NCBI GenBank assembly: GCA_964389675.1
Contig: CAYMEV010000003.1
Location: 45,109-65,108, forward strand
Source of the DNA: an uncultured Candidatus Sumerlaeota bacterium
Lineage (GTDB): Bacteria > CAYMEV01
Length of the DNA stretch: 20,000 bases
Direction: 5' to 3'
The notes under the pieces are model-generated. The model was not told the origin of the DNA, did not search any database, and saw only the letters and a program-made list of their open reading frames with translations. Both the position numbers and the translations under genes were made by a program. Below are positions 8,729-17,635 of the stretch, in pieces. Each line of letters opens with the position of its first letter. Within the stretch, counting starts at the first letter, position 1.

Positions 8729-8752
8729 TTTATACTAAGAGGTTTTTATATT

Positions 8753-10210
8753 ATGGATATTAGAGAGGGTTTAACCTTTGACGATGTTCTTCTCGTTCCT
8801 CAGCGCTCTTCTGTACTTCCGCGCGAAACCGATGTTTCTACAAGCCTGACCAGGAATATAAGGCTCAATCTCCCTATTTTTGCTGCAGCAATGGATACCG
8901 TAACTGAAAGCAGGCTGGCCATAGCCATTGCAGAAGAAGGCGGCATCGGCATCATTCACAAGAACATGCCCGCAGAGCATCAGGCAAGGGAGGTCTCGAG
9001 GGTGAAACGCTATGAAAGCGGAATGATAGTGAATCCTATAACATTAAAGCCTGATGATATACTTGAGACAGCTGTACAGGTTATGAGAGAACACTCAATT
9101 TCAGGCATCCCCATTATTGAAGAGAATGGCAGGCTGACAGGTATCATAACAAACAGGGACCTGCGTTTTGAGACTGATTTCTCGCAGTCTATAAAAGACC
9201 TTATGACCCCTGCCGGTGACCTCATAACAGCACCAGAAGGCGTGGAGATGGAAAAGGCAAAGCATCTCCTCCATAAGCATAGAATTGAGAAGCTTCCGCT
9301 GGTGGATGAGAATTTCATATTAAAGGGCCTGATCACTGTCAAGGATATACAGAAGAGGACGGAACATCCTAATTCCTGCAAGGATAAGGAAGGCAGGCTT
9401 AGGGTAGGGGCAGCCCTGGGTGTTTCTGATGACCTGTTTGAAAGAGCAGACCTGCTGTACAGGCACAACTGCGATGTATTTGTACTCGACAGCGCGCATG
9501 GGCATTCAGTCGGGGTTATTGAAGCAATACGCGAGGTAAGGAAGAAATATCCTGATATTGATATTATCGGCGGAAATGTTGCAACACAAAGCGGATGCAG
9601 AGACCTTATCGAAGCAGGCGTCGATGCAGTCAAAGTCGGGATAGGGCCGGGTTCCATCTGTACTACAAGAGTCGTTACAGGAGTGGGCGTCCCGCAGATT
9701 ACTGCAATAATGGAATGCAGGAAAGTCTGTGATAAATTTAATATCCCGCTTGTAGCTGACGGAGGTATTAAGTACTCAGGCGATATTACAAAAGCAATTG
9801 TTGCAGGAGCCAACTCTGTAATGATAGGAAGCCTGTTTGCAGGAACGGAAGAGAGCCCCGGAGAGGTAGTGCTCTACAAGGGGAGGTCATACAAGGTCTA
9901 CAGGGGTATGGGAAGCATCGGTGCTATGAAGCAGGGCAGCAGGGACAGGTATTTCCAGGATAATAGCGATTCTAAAAAGCTTGTACCTGAAGGTATTGAA
10001 GGCAGGGTCCCGTACAGAGGCAAGATAAAGGAGCTGATCTACCAGCTTGTCGGAGGGCTGAAGGCAGGTATGGGATATACAGGATGCGTGACTATAGAAG
10101 AATTAAGAAATAATGCAAGTTTTATAAAAATTACCCCGGCAGGGCTTAGAGAAAGCCATGCCCATGATGTTATAATAACAAAAGAAGCACCTAATTACTC
10201 ACTGGATTAG
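8753..10210 (+). CDS. guaB: Inosine-5'-monophosphate dehydrogenase with CBS pair
   Basis: [19 protein letters not shown], tandem CBS domains, DSAHGHS, catalytic [32 protein letters not shown]. True start is probably ATG 8753 ([11 protein letters not shown]) with AAGAGGT at 8737-8743, not the TTG at 8663. Confidence 0.98.
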   Translation: MDIREGLTFDDVLLVPQRSSVLPRETDVSTSLTRNIRLNLPIFAAAMDTVTESRLAIAIAEEGGIGIIHKNMPAEHQAREVSRVKRYESGMIVNPITLKPDDILETAVQVMREHSISGIPIIEENGRLTGIITNRDLRFETDFSQSIKDLMTPAGDLITAPEGVEMEKAKHLLHKHRIEKLPLVDENFILKGLITVKDIQKRTEHPNSCKDKEGRLRVGAALGVSDDLFERADLLYRHNCDVFVLDSAHGHSVGVIEAIREVRKKYPDIDIIGGNVATQSGCRDLIEAGVDAVKVGIGPGSICTTRVVTGVGVPQITAIMECRKVCDKFNIPLVADGGIKYSGDITKAIVAGANSVMIGSLFAGTEESPGEVVLYKGRSYKVYRGMGSIGAMKQGSRDRYFQDNSDSKKLVPEGIEGRVPYRGKIKELIYQLVGGLKAGMGYTGCVTIEELRNNASFIKITPAGLRESHAHDVIITKEAPNYSLD

Positions 10211-10220
10211 GAGGAAGAGT

Positions 10221-11258
10221 ATGAATATGAATAGAATTATTATCCTGTCTGCCTTATTTATTTTATTAGTTTCCTGTGTACCGCGGGTATCAGACCAGCA
10301 TTACAGTGATGGAGTAGCACTTTTTGATCAGGGCGAATACTACAGAGCAATTGTAGAATTCAGAAAATATCCGCCTAAGCATAAATTATACAATGATGCA
10401 CAGGAATATATAAATCAGTCTGAAGAGCTTCTAAGCCAGATTGTACAGGACCTTTTCAAAGAAGCAGATATTAAGTGGAAGGATGATTACTATACAGCAG
10501 CAATTGCAAAATATTATCAGATAAAAGCAGTCAATCCTGAAGAACCGGATATTGACAAAATTATTTCAGAAGCGGAAGAAACAGTGGAAAGCACTGTTTC
10601 AGAACTTCAGGCCAATTTCGAAAAAGCCAGGAATGAAAATGATATATTTGCATGCAAGCAGAATATTGAAAGGATGATAAGGATTTCACCCGAACACAGC
10701 ACAACTGTTTCTACAAGGGAAACATACCAGGCACTTAAGGATGTTGTCCTTCAGAAATCATATCTCCTGGTGGAGGATTATCTCAAAACAGGCAGAAAAT
10801 CAGACATAGAAAAGGCCTCCCTGCAGGTTGAGTATATGCAGGGTATCGATGAAAGTGACCAGAGAACAATTATTATAAGCAAAAAGCTTGAAGAATATCT
10901 TGATAAAGAGAAACAGAGAGCAGAGAGGACAAGGGAAGTACAAAAGCAGCAGAAGCTTCAGCAGTATATGAGCCAGGGCTCTGAGAAATATGAGCAGGGA
11001 TCACTCAAGGAAGCTATTGAGATATGGGAGAAGGCAAGGAGGGAGGGGGTAGCGGATAATACCCTTCTGCAGTGGCTGAATAAAGCAAAAAAAGAGCTCA
11101 GCGACCTTGTTTTCAACTATCTAAAGCAGGGAGAGTTCTACTTTGAAATAGAGGATTACAGCAAGGCCAAGGAGCTTTTTGAAAAAGCCCTGGAACTGGA
11201 CCCGAAAAATGCTTCAGCAAAGGATTATCTGGATAAGATCTCAATTATACAACAGTGA
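10221..11258 (+). CDS. TPR-repeat lipoprotein, function unknown
   Basis: Signal peptide with lipobox LVSC (Cys19); TPR-like units (HYSDGVALFDQGEYYRAIVEF; YLKQGEFYFEIEDYSKAKELFEKALELDPKNASA); RBS GGAGG overlapping the guaB stop. Confidence 0.8.
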   Translation: MNMNRIIILSALFILLVSCVPRVSDQHYSDGVALFDQGEYYRAIVEFRKYPPKHKLYNDAQEYINQSEELLSQIVQDLFKEADIKWKDDYYTAAIAKYYQIKAVNPEEPDIDKIISEAEETVESTVSELQANFEKARNENDIFACKQNIERMIRISPEHSTTVSTRETYQALKDVVLQKSYLLVEDYLKTGRKSDIEKASLQVEYMQGIDESDQRTIIISKKLEEYLDKEKQRAERTREVQKQQKLQQYMSQGSEKYEQGSLKEAIEIWEKARREGVADNTLLQWLNKAKKELSDLVFNYLKQGEFYFEIEDYSKAKELFEKALELDPKNASAKDYLDKISIIQQ

Positions 11259-11271
11259 GACCTGATATGCT

Positions 11272-13113
11272 TTGAGATCACTGCTTATAGAAAGTTGGCC
11301 TGTTGCCGGATCCTTTGCATTAATAGCCGGCCTTATATTCCATAAAAGCATAAATATCTCGTTCTGTATCCTGTCACTGATACTTATATATATCCTGCTT
11401 ACCCTCATCAAGGGGTTCAAACCATTATGGACAGTATTCCTTACTGTAATTATCCTGCTGTCATTCTGGAGAGGCTATTATTTTTACAAGGCTGACAGGT
11501 TGTTTTCCCCGGGAAGCAATTGCATTATCACGGCAGTGATCGACGGAAATGCATATCAGGATAACTGGGCCACCTATATCCCCGTCAGACTGATCAATAT
11601 TGACGGATATTCAAATCCCCGCTATCTTGGCAAGATTAAGGCAACGGTATGTATTCCTGAAAACAGGGCTTATATACTTGTGGATAAAACCATTTCTATT
11701 AATGGCATAATAGTATTCAGGGGGGAAGTTGAGATGAGCCCAAACAGAGGCTATCTCTATGATCTGGGATTGAATGTTCAGAAAAGACTGCTTATCAGGC
11801 CTGCCAGAATCTTTCATTATTCAGATTCACAAACCCTTAAACTGCTTCCATCAGTAGAAAGGATATTTTCCCCTCTGCCGGCTGATGCCCGGTCGCTTAT
11901 CATTCCTCTTATAACCGGCAAAAGAGATTATATGACCTGCAGGGACAGGCTGCTTATACAGAAATCCGGGCTATTTCACATATTTGTTATTTCAGGGTTC
12001 CATATAGGGCTTTTTGCACTTATTCTTTTCTTTTTTTTCAGAATATTCCTTTCAAGGAGTGCAATAATACCAATTATACTGGTGATATTGTTCATATACA
12101 TTTCCGAAATAGGTTTTCCGATCGCTGCACTCAGGGCTTATGTAATGCTTTTTGTCTTTTCTGCTGCATATATGCTTAAAAGGAAGATACCAGGCTTCTA
12201 TGGGCTGATATTCTCAATATATATAATAATATTCATTTTTCCGGCTGATCTTCTGTCCCTGAGTTTTATAATGAGCCTTCTGGCTGTCAGCGGAATAATC
12301 CTGGGCCTGCCTGTCGTTAAAAAGATGAAGCTGAGGAGCTATATTGCTGACTATACTGTAAAATCATGGCTAATATCTCTGTTTGCCTTTTTTTTCATTG
12401 CGCCTGTCCTGATCAGTATTTTCGGTTATGTATCATTATGGGGAGTCCTTGTATTTCCATTCGCATCAGTCCTTGTGCTTCTGCTTATGATATCCAGCCT
12501 CTTTCTTACGGTATTTCAGGCTTCATGGATTGCGCATGTCATCGATTTTATCTCAAAAGCATTCAGGCTTTTCATCAATGAGGATGTTTTATCGCTTTTC
12601 CTGATAGACAAGCCGCCGGGTTTCTTAACTAATACTTCGATTATTCTCATATATTACTCACTTCTGCTGATGGCATTGTATTTGCTTACTTCCGAGAAAT
12701 TTCCACTTGTCATGCTTTTTTGCGTCATTTGCGCTGGTTTGATCTTCAGCCGGCAGGATACATCCCCGATGATCAGGGATACCCTCACTGAGGGCACTGT
12801 CGCATATTTTGAAAGAGGCCTTCTGTATAAGGGAAATCTGAATCAGAATGATGATGCAGCGATTGACAGGATTACCGGGTCAGGGAGTATCAGCAGGCTT
12901 GTTTTAGTAGTACCCGTACATAAGAGGCTGACTTCAAAAATACTGTCATATAAAAGATTCTGCGATGATATTTTTTTATTTATTATTGATAAAGGAAGAC
13001 ACAAAACGGATTATATCTATACCTATACTGTTCTCAGGAAACTGAAAATACCTTATAAAATTATTGATAATAGTGACAAATGTGTTATTTATGATAAGAC
13101 CTCTGATAAATAA
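11272..13113 (+). CDS. comEC: ComEC/Rec2-family competence (DNA uptake channel) protein
   Basis: Core motif SGLFHIFVISGFHIG, AALRAYVM, LLSLSFIMSLLAVSGI; N-terminal TM segments and a soluble region followed by many TM helices. The TTG start is uncertain. Confidence 0.85.
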   Translation: MRSLLIESWPVAGSFALIAGLIFHKSINISFCILSLILIYILLTLIKGFKPLWTVFLTVIILLSFWRGYYFYKADRLFSPGSNCIITAVIDGNAYQDNWATYIPVRLINIDGYSNPRYLGKIKATVCIPENRAYILVDKTISINGIIVFRGEVEMSPNRGYLYDLGLNVQKRLLIRPARIFHYSDSQTLKLLPSVERIFSPLPADARSLIIPLITGKRDYMTCRDRLLIQKSGLFHIFVISGFHIGLFALILFFFFRIFLSRSAIIPIILVILFIYISEIGFPIAALRAYVMLFVFSAAYMLKRKIPGFYGLIFSIYIIIFIFPADLLSLSFIMSLLAVSGIILGLPVVKKMKLRSYIADYTVKSWLISLFAFFFIAPVLISIFGYVSLWGVLVFPFASVLVLLLMISSLFLTVFQASWIAHVIDFISKAFRLFINEDVLSLFLIDKPPGFLTNTSIILIYYSLLLMALYLLTSEKFPLVMLFCVICAGLIFSRQDTSPMIRDTLTEGTVAYFERGLLYKGNLNQNDDAAIDRITGSGSISRLVLVVPVHKRLTSKILSYKRFCDDIFLFIIDKGRHKTDYIYTYTVLRKLKIPYKIIDNSDKCVIYDKTSDK

Positions 13114-13133
13114 AAAAATACCGGAAGTACTGG

Positions 13134-14468
13134 ATGAGAATAGCTTATTTTAGCCCTTTTCCGCCATCAGGGTCGGGCGTGGCGCATTTAACCGGCAAGC
13201 TGCTGCCTCTGCTGTCCCGGAAAGCTGAGGTGGACCTATTCATTGATGACATTCATCCTGCTTTGATGGATAAAGAACCCTGCAATTCTTATCATCATCT
13301 GAGATTTCCTTCCATACTGAAGGAAAAGGGCTATGATTCAATAATATATAATATCGGGAACAGCGAACATCATTATTATATACTTAATTATATCTCAAGA
13401 TACAGGGGAATAATCTTTTTGCATGAGGATGTCCTTCACCATTCACTGGCAAAATATCACCTTAAAAATAGAGATTACCCCGGTTACATAAAGGAGCTTT
13501 CATTAAATTACCCAAAAGACAATGAAAGGGTCCTTGATATATTCAGGTTTGTGAGTGCCGGTATCGGTGATGACAGGCTCTATGAGCAATATCCGATGTC
13601 AGAATTCCTTATCAGGGCATCATGCGGTATTATTGTCATGTCCCGGCAGCTTAAGGAATCAGTAAACAGGAGATTTCCAGGGATACCTGTCAAAAAGATA
13701 AATCTGCCCTTTTTCATGCCTGCAGAGAATAATGCTTCATCAGGCCCGGTGCATAAGCAGAAAAGGGGAGAAACCAGCTTTATCGTCGGGATATTCGGCA
13801 TGATAAGTCATTATAAGAGGATTTTCCCCATACTCAGTGCTGTCAGAGCCTTGTCGGGGCGTCTGAATATTAAAACCGTCATTGCGGGAAAAACTGCTCC
13901 GGATATAGATCTTAACAGATATATTGAGGATAATAAACTGATGAATGTTCATTATTATGGATACCTCCCGCATAAGGAATTTATTTCGCTTATAGGATCA
14001 AGCAGCCTGGTCGTAAATCTAAGGTATCCCAGTTTTGGAGAAATGTCTGCAGCGCTTATTGATGCCCTTGGCATGGGAAAGCCTGTTATGCTCTATGATA
14101 CACCTCAGTTTGAAGATATCCCTGATGATGCTGTCATTAAGATCGGGCCCGGGATCGATGAAGAAAACACTATCGCAAATAAAATAAGGCATCTGTATAA
14201 TAACCGGGAAATTCTTGAAAAAACAGGCAAAAAGGCAAGAGAGTATATCTTAAATAACCATATGCCTGAGCAGGCAGTGGACGGGATTCTTGATCTTGTT
14301 TCAGAGATTCAGGAAAAGCCGGGGATAAATCTGGATTATGCTGAATATGGCAGTGCTTCTGCCTTTAAAGAAACTATAATCGATAAGCACCTCCAGGAAA
14401 AAGATATCCCGGAAGAAAGGAAAAATGCTATAAGAGGCCAATGGAGACAGCCGGCTGATCCTTTATAG
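13134..14468 (+). CDS. GT-B fold glycosyltransferase, family 4
   Basis: MRIAYFSPFPPSGSGVA, IYNIGNSEHH, GIIFLHE, FGMISHYKR, LRYPSFGEMSAALIDALGMGKPV. Confidence 0.88.
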   Translation: MRIAYFSPFPPSGSGVAHLTGKLLPLLSRKAEVDLFIDDIHPALMDKEPCNSYHHLRFPSILKEKGYDSIIYNIGNSEHHYYILNYISRYRGIIFLHEDVLHHSLAKYHLKNRDYPGYIKELSLNYPKDNERVLDIFRFVSAGIGDDRLYEQYPMSEFLIRASCGIIVMSRQLKESVNRRFPGIPVKKINLPFFMPAENNASSGPVHKQKRGETSFIVGIFGMISHYKRIFPILSAVRALSGRLNIKTVIAGKTAPDIDLNRYIEDNKLMNVHYYGYLPHKEFISLIGSSSLVVNLRYPSFGEMSAALIDALGMGKPVMLYDTPQFEDIPDDAVIKIGPGIDEENTIANKIRHLYNNREILEKTGKKAREYILNNHMPEQAVDGILDLVSEIQEKPGINLDYAEYGSASAFKETIIDKHLQEKDIPEERKNAIRGQWRQPADPL

Positions 14469-14470
14469 TT

Positions 14471-15208
14471 ATGAGAAGATTTTTTTATAAAAATGTTTTA
14501 TTTCCCATTATGCTTATTTGTTTTCTATTGCCGGGCTTAAGTCAGACTGCAGGCCAGGGTATTCCTGAAAGCTCCAGGTCCCGGGAGGTCATAGCGCGCA
14601 TTAAGCCCGTCCTGGAAAAAACCCTTCAGGAGCATGGCCTTAATATTGGATCCCCTGTATTTATCAGGATATACAAGGAAGAAAAGGAACTTGAGCTTTT
14701 TATAATGAATGATACAGGATTTAAGCTTTTCAGGACATATTCTGTATGCACCTGGGGAAACAAAGGCCTCGGGCCAAAGATCAGGCAGGGGGACGGCAAG
14801 GCCCCTGAAGGCTTTTATTATGTTGTCCCGGGCCGTCTTAACCCTCTGAGCAATTTTCATCTCTCCTTTAATATAGGTTATCCCAATGAATATGACAGGT
14901 ATCACAAAAGAAGCGGCAGTTATATCATGGTTCACGGAAGCTGTGTCTCCATAGGGTGCTTTGCAATGACAGACCCTGTCATTGAGGAGATCTATACCAT
15001 TATTGATTCTGCTTTCAGAAACGGGCAGCCGTTTTTCAGGATACATACATTCCCCTTCAGGATGACTGATGAAAATATGAATAGATACCGTGATTCAAAA
15101 TGGTATGAGTTCTGGAAAAACCTGAAAGAGGGTTACGATTTCTTTGAGGATAACGGGAATATACCACCTGATGTCAAAGTCAGCAGTGGGAAATATATAT
15201 TTGAGTAG
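14471..15208 (+). CDS. YafK/DpaA (LdtF)-type L,D-transpeptidase (YkuD) family protein
   Basis: GSPVFIRIYKEEKELEL, GPKIRQGDGKAPEGFY, LSFNIGYPNEYD, catalytic IMVHGSCVSIGCFAM, FWKNLKEGYDFFE; N-terminal signal peptide. Confidence 0.9.
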   Translation: MRRFFYKNVLFPIMLICFLLPGLSQTAGQGIPESSRSREVIARIKPVLEKTLQEHGLNIGSPVFIRIYKEEKELELFIMNDTGFKLFRTYSVCTWGNKGLGPKIRQGDGKAPEGFYYVVPGRLNPLSNFHLSFNIGYPNEYDRYHKRSGSYIMVHGSCVSIGCFAMTDPVIEEIYTIIDSAFRNGQPFFRIHTFPFRMTDENMNRYRDSKWYEFWKNLKEGYDFFEDNGNIPPDVKVSSGKYIFE

Positions 15209-15305
15209 AAAATACCTGCAGCTGATTTTATACAGGGGTTATGATAATTCCTTTATCAGAAAGCAGCCGGATTCAAAAGGTATTGCATTTATGATAAGAA
15301 CTGCC

Positions 15306-16106
15306 TTAAAATGTGTATACCAGTGAATTTGTGAGCTGGAAATCGTCCCTTTTCAGATCAGAAAAGGGCTCATTATCATATCTGAAAAGGGTATTGATAT
15401 GAAAGGACAGCTTTTCTACGATCGCTATCTCTATATTTGCCTCTGCCAGGACTCTGTAATCATCAAAATCTTCAATATCGACCTGGTAATATCCTACGAG
15501 ATTAAGTTTCAGCCTGTCATTCAGGGCTGCATTCATTGAAATATAGTTGGTAGAACGTATCAGGTATGTATATCTGAACTGGTCAGTATGAGATTCCTCA
15601 TCTTCTCTGTCATATTTCTCATATTCGTACATGAGACCTATGCCGATATTGAAGCTGATTTTCCTTGAATTTTTCCCCTCTCCCTTTTCCAGATGCTGCG
15701 AGATGCGTACGCCGGTACCTAAAAGGTGCCTGTCATTAAGATAAAGAAACTTATCAAACTGCTTTTGGGCGAATGCTTCCAGGGCAAATGTATCATCAAG
15801 GCTTTTGACTGTTCTCAGATGGCCGAAACCCTTGCTCAGATATGAGCTGTCATCCTTTTCCCCGTATTCGATATTACCGGCAAAAAAGGTATTTAATCCC
15901 CCTTTGAGATAATCAAGCCTGAAACCGCCTTTAAGCAGGGTAAAGTCAGTATTGCCTGTATAATAGGAATAGGAGAAGCTTGTTCTTCCATGGAACCCGT
16001 CAGTATCATCCGAGCTTCTGTATATTTCAGTATTTACCTGGGATAATGAGGCCATTGAAAATAATAGCATAAAAGCCAGAGAATAAACAAAGATTCTTTT
16101 CAGCAT
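15306..16106 (-). CDS. DUF481/YdiY-like outer-membrane beta-barrel protein
   Basis: Start at 16106 (MLKRIFVYSLAFMLLFSMASLSQ, Sec signal) with GGAGG RBS just upstream; YTGNTD motif, alternating amphipathic strands, RYDNEP, C-terminal barrel signal LVYTF. Confidence 0.78.
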   Translation of the reverse strand: MLKRIFVYSLAFMLLFSMASLSQVNTEIYRSSDDTDGFHGRTSFSYSYYTGNTDFTLLKGGFRLDYLKGGLNTFFAGNIEYGEKDDSSYLSKGFGHLRTVKSLDDTFALEAFAQKQFDKFLYLNDRHLLGTGVRISQHLEKGEGKNSRKISFNIGIGLMYEYEKYDREDEESHTDQFRYTYLIRSTNYISMNAALNDRLKLNLVGYYQVDIEDFDDYRVLAEANIEIAIVEKLSFHINTLFRYDNEPFSDLKRDDFQLTNSLVYTF

Positions 16107-16155
16107 ATTGATCCTCCAATTCATCAGTTTATAGAATATAATAAAGGATATAGCA

Positions 16156-17514
16156 TCATGCAGGTTTTTCAAAAATAAAAAATATATTGCCGTCCATATT
16201 CAAAGGTATCTCAAGATATCTTATGAACCATTCATATATATTTCCGTAAAGGCGCATTATATAGTTTTTATAGTACATCCGGTCATTTCTCGGGGTCATA
16301 TATGTATTTATGGGCATAAGATATTCCTTTACCCTGAACCCTGATTCCAGAGCCGACCTCCTGATCAATTTCCTGTCAAGGGACCCTTCATAGATTGCCT
16401 GTTTTTTCATTGTTATAAGTGCTTCTGGTGTCTCAGAATGATAGGAACCTGGTTCCAGAAGGACAAGCCTGCCGTTCTTTTTCAGTACCCTGAAGCCTTC
16501 CCTGATAACCTTTGTATATTCAGGTATATGGTGAAGAGTTTCGATAACAACTATGGCATCAAAGCTAAATTCTGCGAAAGGAAGGACGGTGCTGTCTCCG
16601 CATACTGTCAGAAAATCAGGGAGAACAGGGTCTGTTTTTGGGAATTTTCTGCTGTCCCTGTATTTATTTATCCTTTGATTTCCAACTGAAAGCGTCTGAA
16701 GAGAAATATCATAGCCTATGACATTATAGCCAAGCTTGGAAAGCCATTCAGATGTCCAGCAGGAGCCTGCCCCAAGGTCCAGTATCCAGGATCCCGGAGG
16801 AAGCTTATTCCTTGAAAGAATAGAAATAAAGTTGAATGCATATATATTGAAATTATCAATATGGGCAAAAGGATCAAGCTCATTCCATACCGAAGTGAAG
16901 TTTGATACATTTTTAGAGAATGGTTTTGAGAACAGAAAGCTGTATGTGTCAATATTATGAAAATCAAGAGGGGTTCTCTCCCTCTTCTTGACTTTCCTTC
17001 TGAATCTGTAGAATTTGAACAGCCTGTGCAGGGAAAACAGCCTGCCCTTCCCAAGCTTGAGCCTTAGAAAGCCTATATGCTTTCCATCTTCAAGAGCGCT
17101 GCTTTCAATCTCATTCTGGAAGCTTCTGCCTTCATATACCAGGAATGGATACCTGACCTGCATTGAGAAATGGTTTTTTTTCATTCCATTTAATTTAACA
17201 GGCAAAGTCCATCTTCCGGAGCATTTTTTATTTTTCCTGAAATCGTACAGGGGATATATCTCTATAATAATCCGGGATCTTTTACTGAACGGTGTTATTT
17301 TAAGTATGGTGAAATCAATGCTGAATTGATCATTATATATTATTGAATCTTCCTTGCGGAAGCTGAACAATATGCCGGAAAACAGCATTGCAGCAGCATT
17401 TTTTAAGGCTGATTTAAAATTATCCGGGTAATAGAGCCTTCTAAGCAGTCCGTATAAAGATGCAAAAAGGAAAGCTGGTATTACAAGAAGGTGCTTTATT
17501 ATAATTTTTATCAT
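16156..17514 (-). CDS. Class I SAM-dependent methyltransferase with a long N-terminal extension
   Basis: ILDLGAGSCWTSEWL (motif I), VIGYDIS, GDSTVLPFAEFSFDAIVVIETLHH, RVLKKNGRLVLLEP; AGGA RBS upstream of ATG 17514. Confidence 0.85.
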   Translation of the reverse strand: MIKIIIKHLLVIPAFLFASLYGLLRRLYYPDNFKSALKNAAAMLFSGILFSFRKEDSIIYNDQFSIDFTILKITPFSKRSRIIIEIYPLYDFRKNKKCSGRWTLPVKLNGMKKNHFSMQVRYPFLVYEGRSFQNEIESSALEDGKHIGFLRLKLGKGRLFSLHRLFKFYRFRRKVKKRERTPLDFHNIDTYSFLFSKPFSKNVSNFTSVWNELDPFAHIDNFNIYAFNFISILSRNKLPPGSWILDLGAGSCWTSEWLSKLGYNVIGYDISLQTLSVGNQRINKYRDSRKFPKTDPVLPDFLTVCGDSTVLPFAEFSFDAIVVIETLHHIPEYTKVIREGFRVLKKNGRLVLLEPGSYHSETPEALITMKKQAIYEGSLDRKLIRRSALESGFRVKEYLMPINTYMTPRNDRMYYKNYIMRLYGNIYEWFIRYLEIPLNMDGNIFFIFEKPA

Positions 17515-17527
17515 TATTTTCCTAAAT

Positions 17528-17556
17528 CTGATAAAATAGTATAGCTGTTATGTCAA
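17528..17556 (-). promoter_or_regulatory. Possible sigma70-type promoter for the methyltransferase-DUF481 pair
   Basis: Minus-strand TTGACA (17556-17551), 17 nt, TATCAG (17533-17528): perfect -35, weak -10. Confidence 0.35.
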
Positions 17557-17635
17557 GAATTTTTGCGGAGCTTTCTGCAGCTTTGATCAATTATATAATT
17601 AATTTGATTTCTTGGTCTTTATAGTTTATTTTCTT

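Noticed and set aside
8415..8750. Purine riboswitch, T-box or 6S RNA in the guaB/permease intergenic region
   Set aside because: No purine aptamer core (e.g. GTTTCTACC), no T-box GGTGGTACCGCG motif, and no continuous rod-like pairing as in 6S; kept only as an unassigned candidate.
8663..8752. 30-aa hydrophobic N-terminal extension of GuaB in the ORF track, resembling a signal peptide
   Set aside because: Comes from an upstream TTG in AT-rich promoter DNA; IMPDH homology and the RBS point to ATG 8753.
9010..9813. 267-aa ORF on the - strand
   Set aside because: Lies wholly antisense to the highly conserved guaB; low-information Ser/Pro/Ile-rich translation typical of a shadow ORF.
15209..15305. 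Inverted repeats between convergent genes (TGATAA/TTATCA, AATACCT/AGGTATT)
   Set aside because: Short, AT-rich and without a U-tract; not convincing as a terminator or element.
16107..16172. Apparent overlap between the methyltransferase and DUF481-like ORFs
   Set aside because: It disappears when the DUF481-like start is set at ATG 16106, which has a GGAGG RBS and begins a signal peptide.
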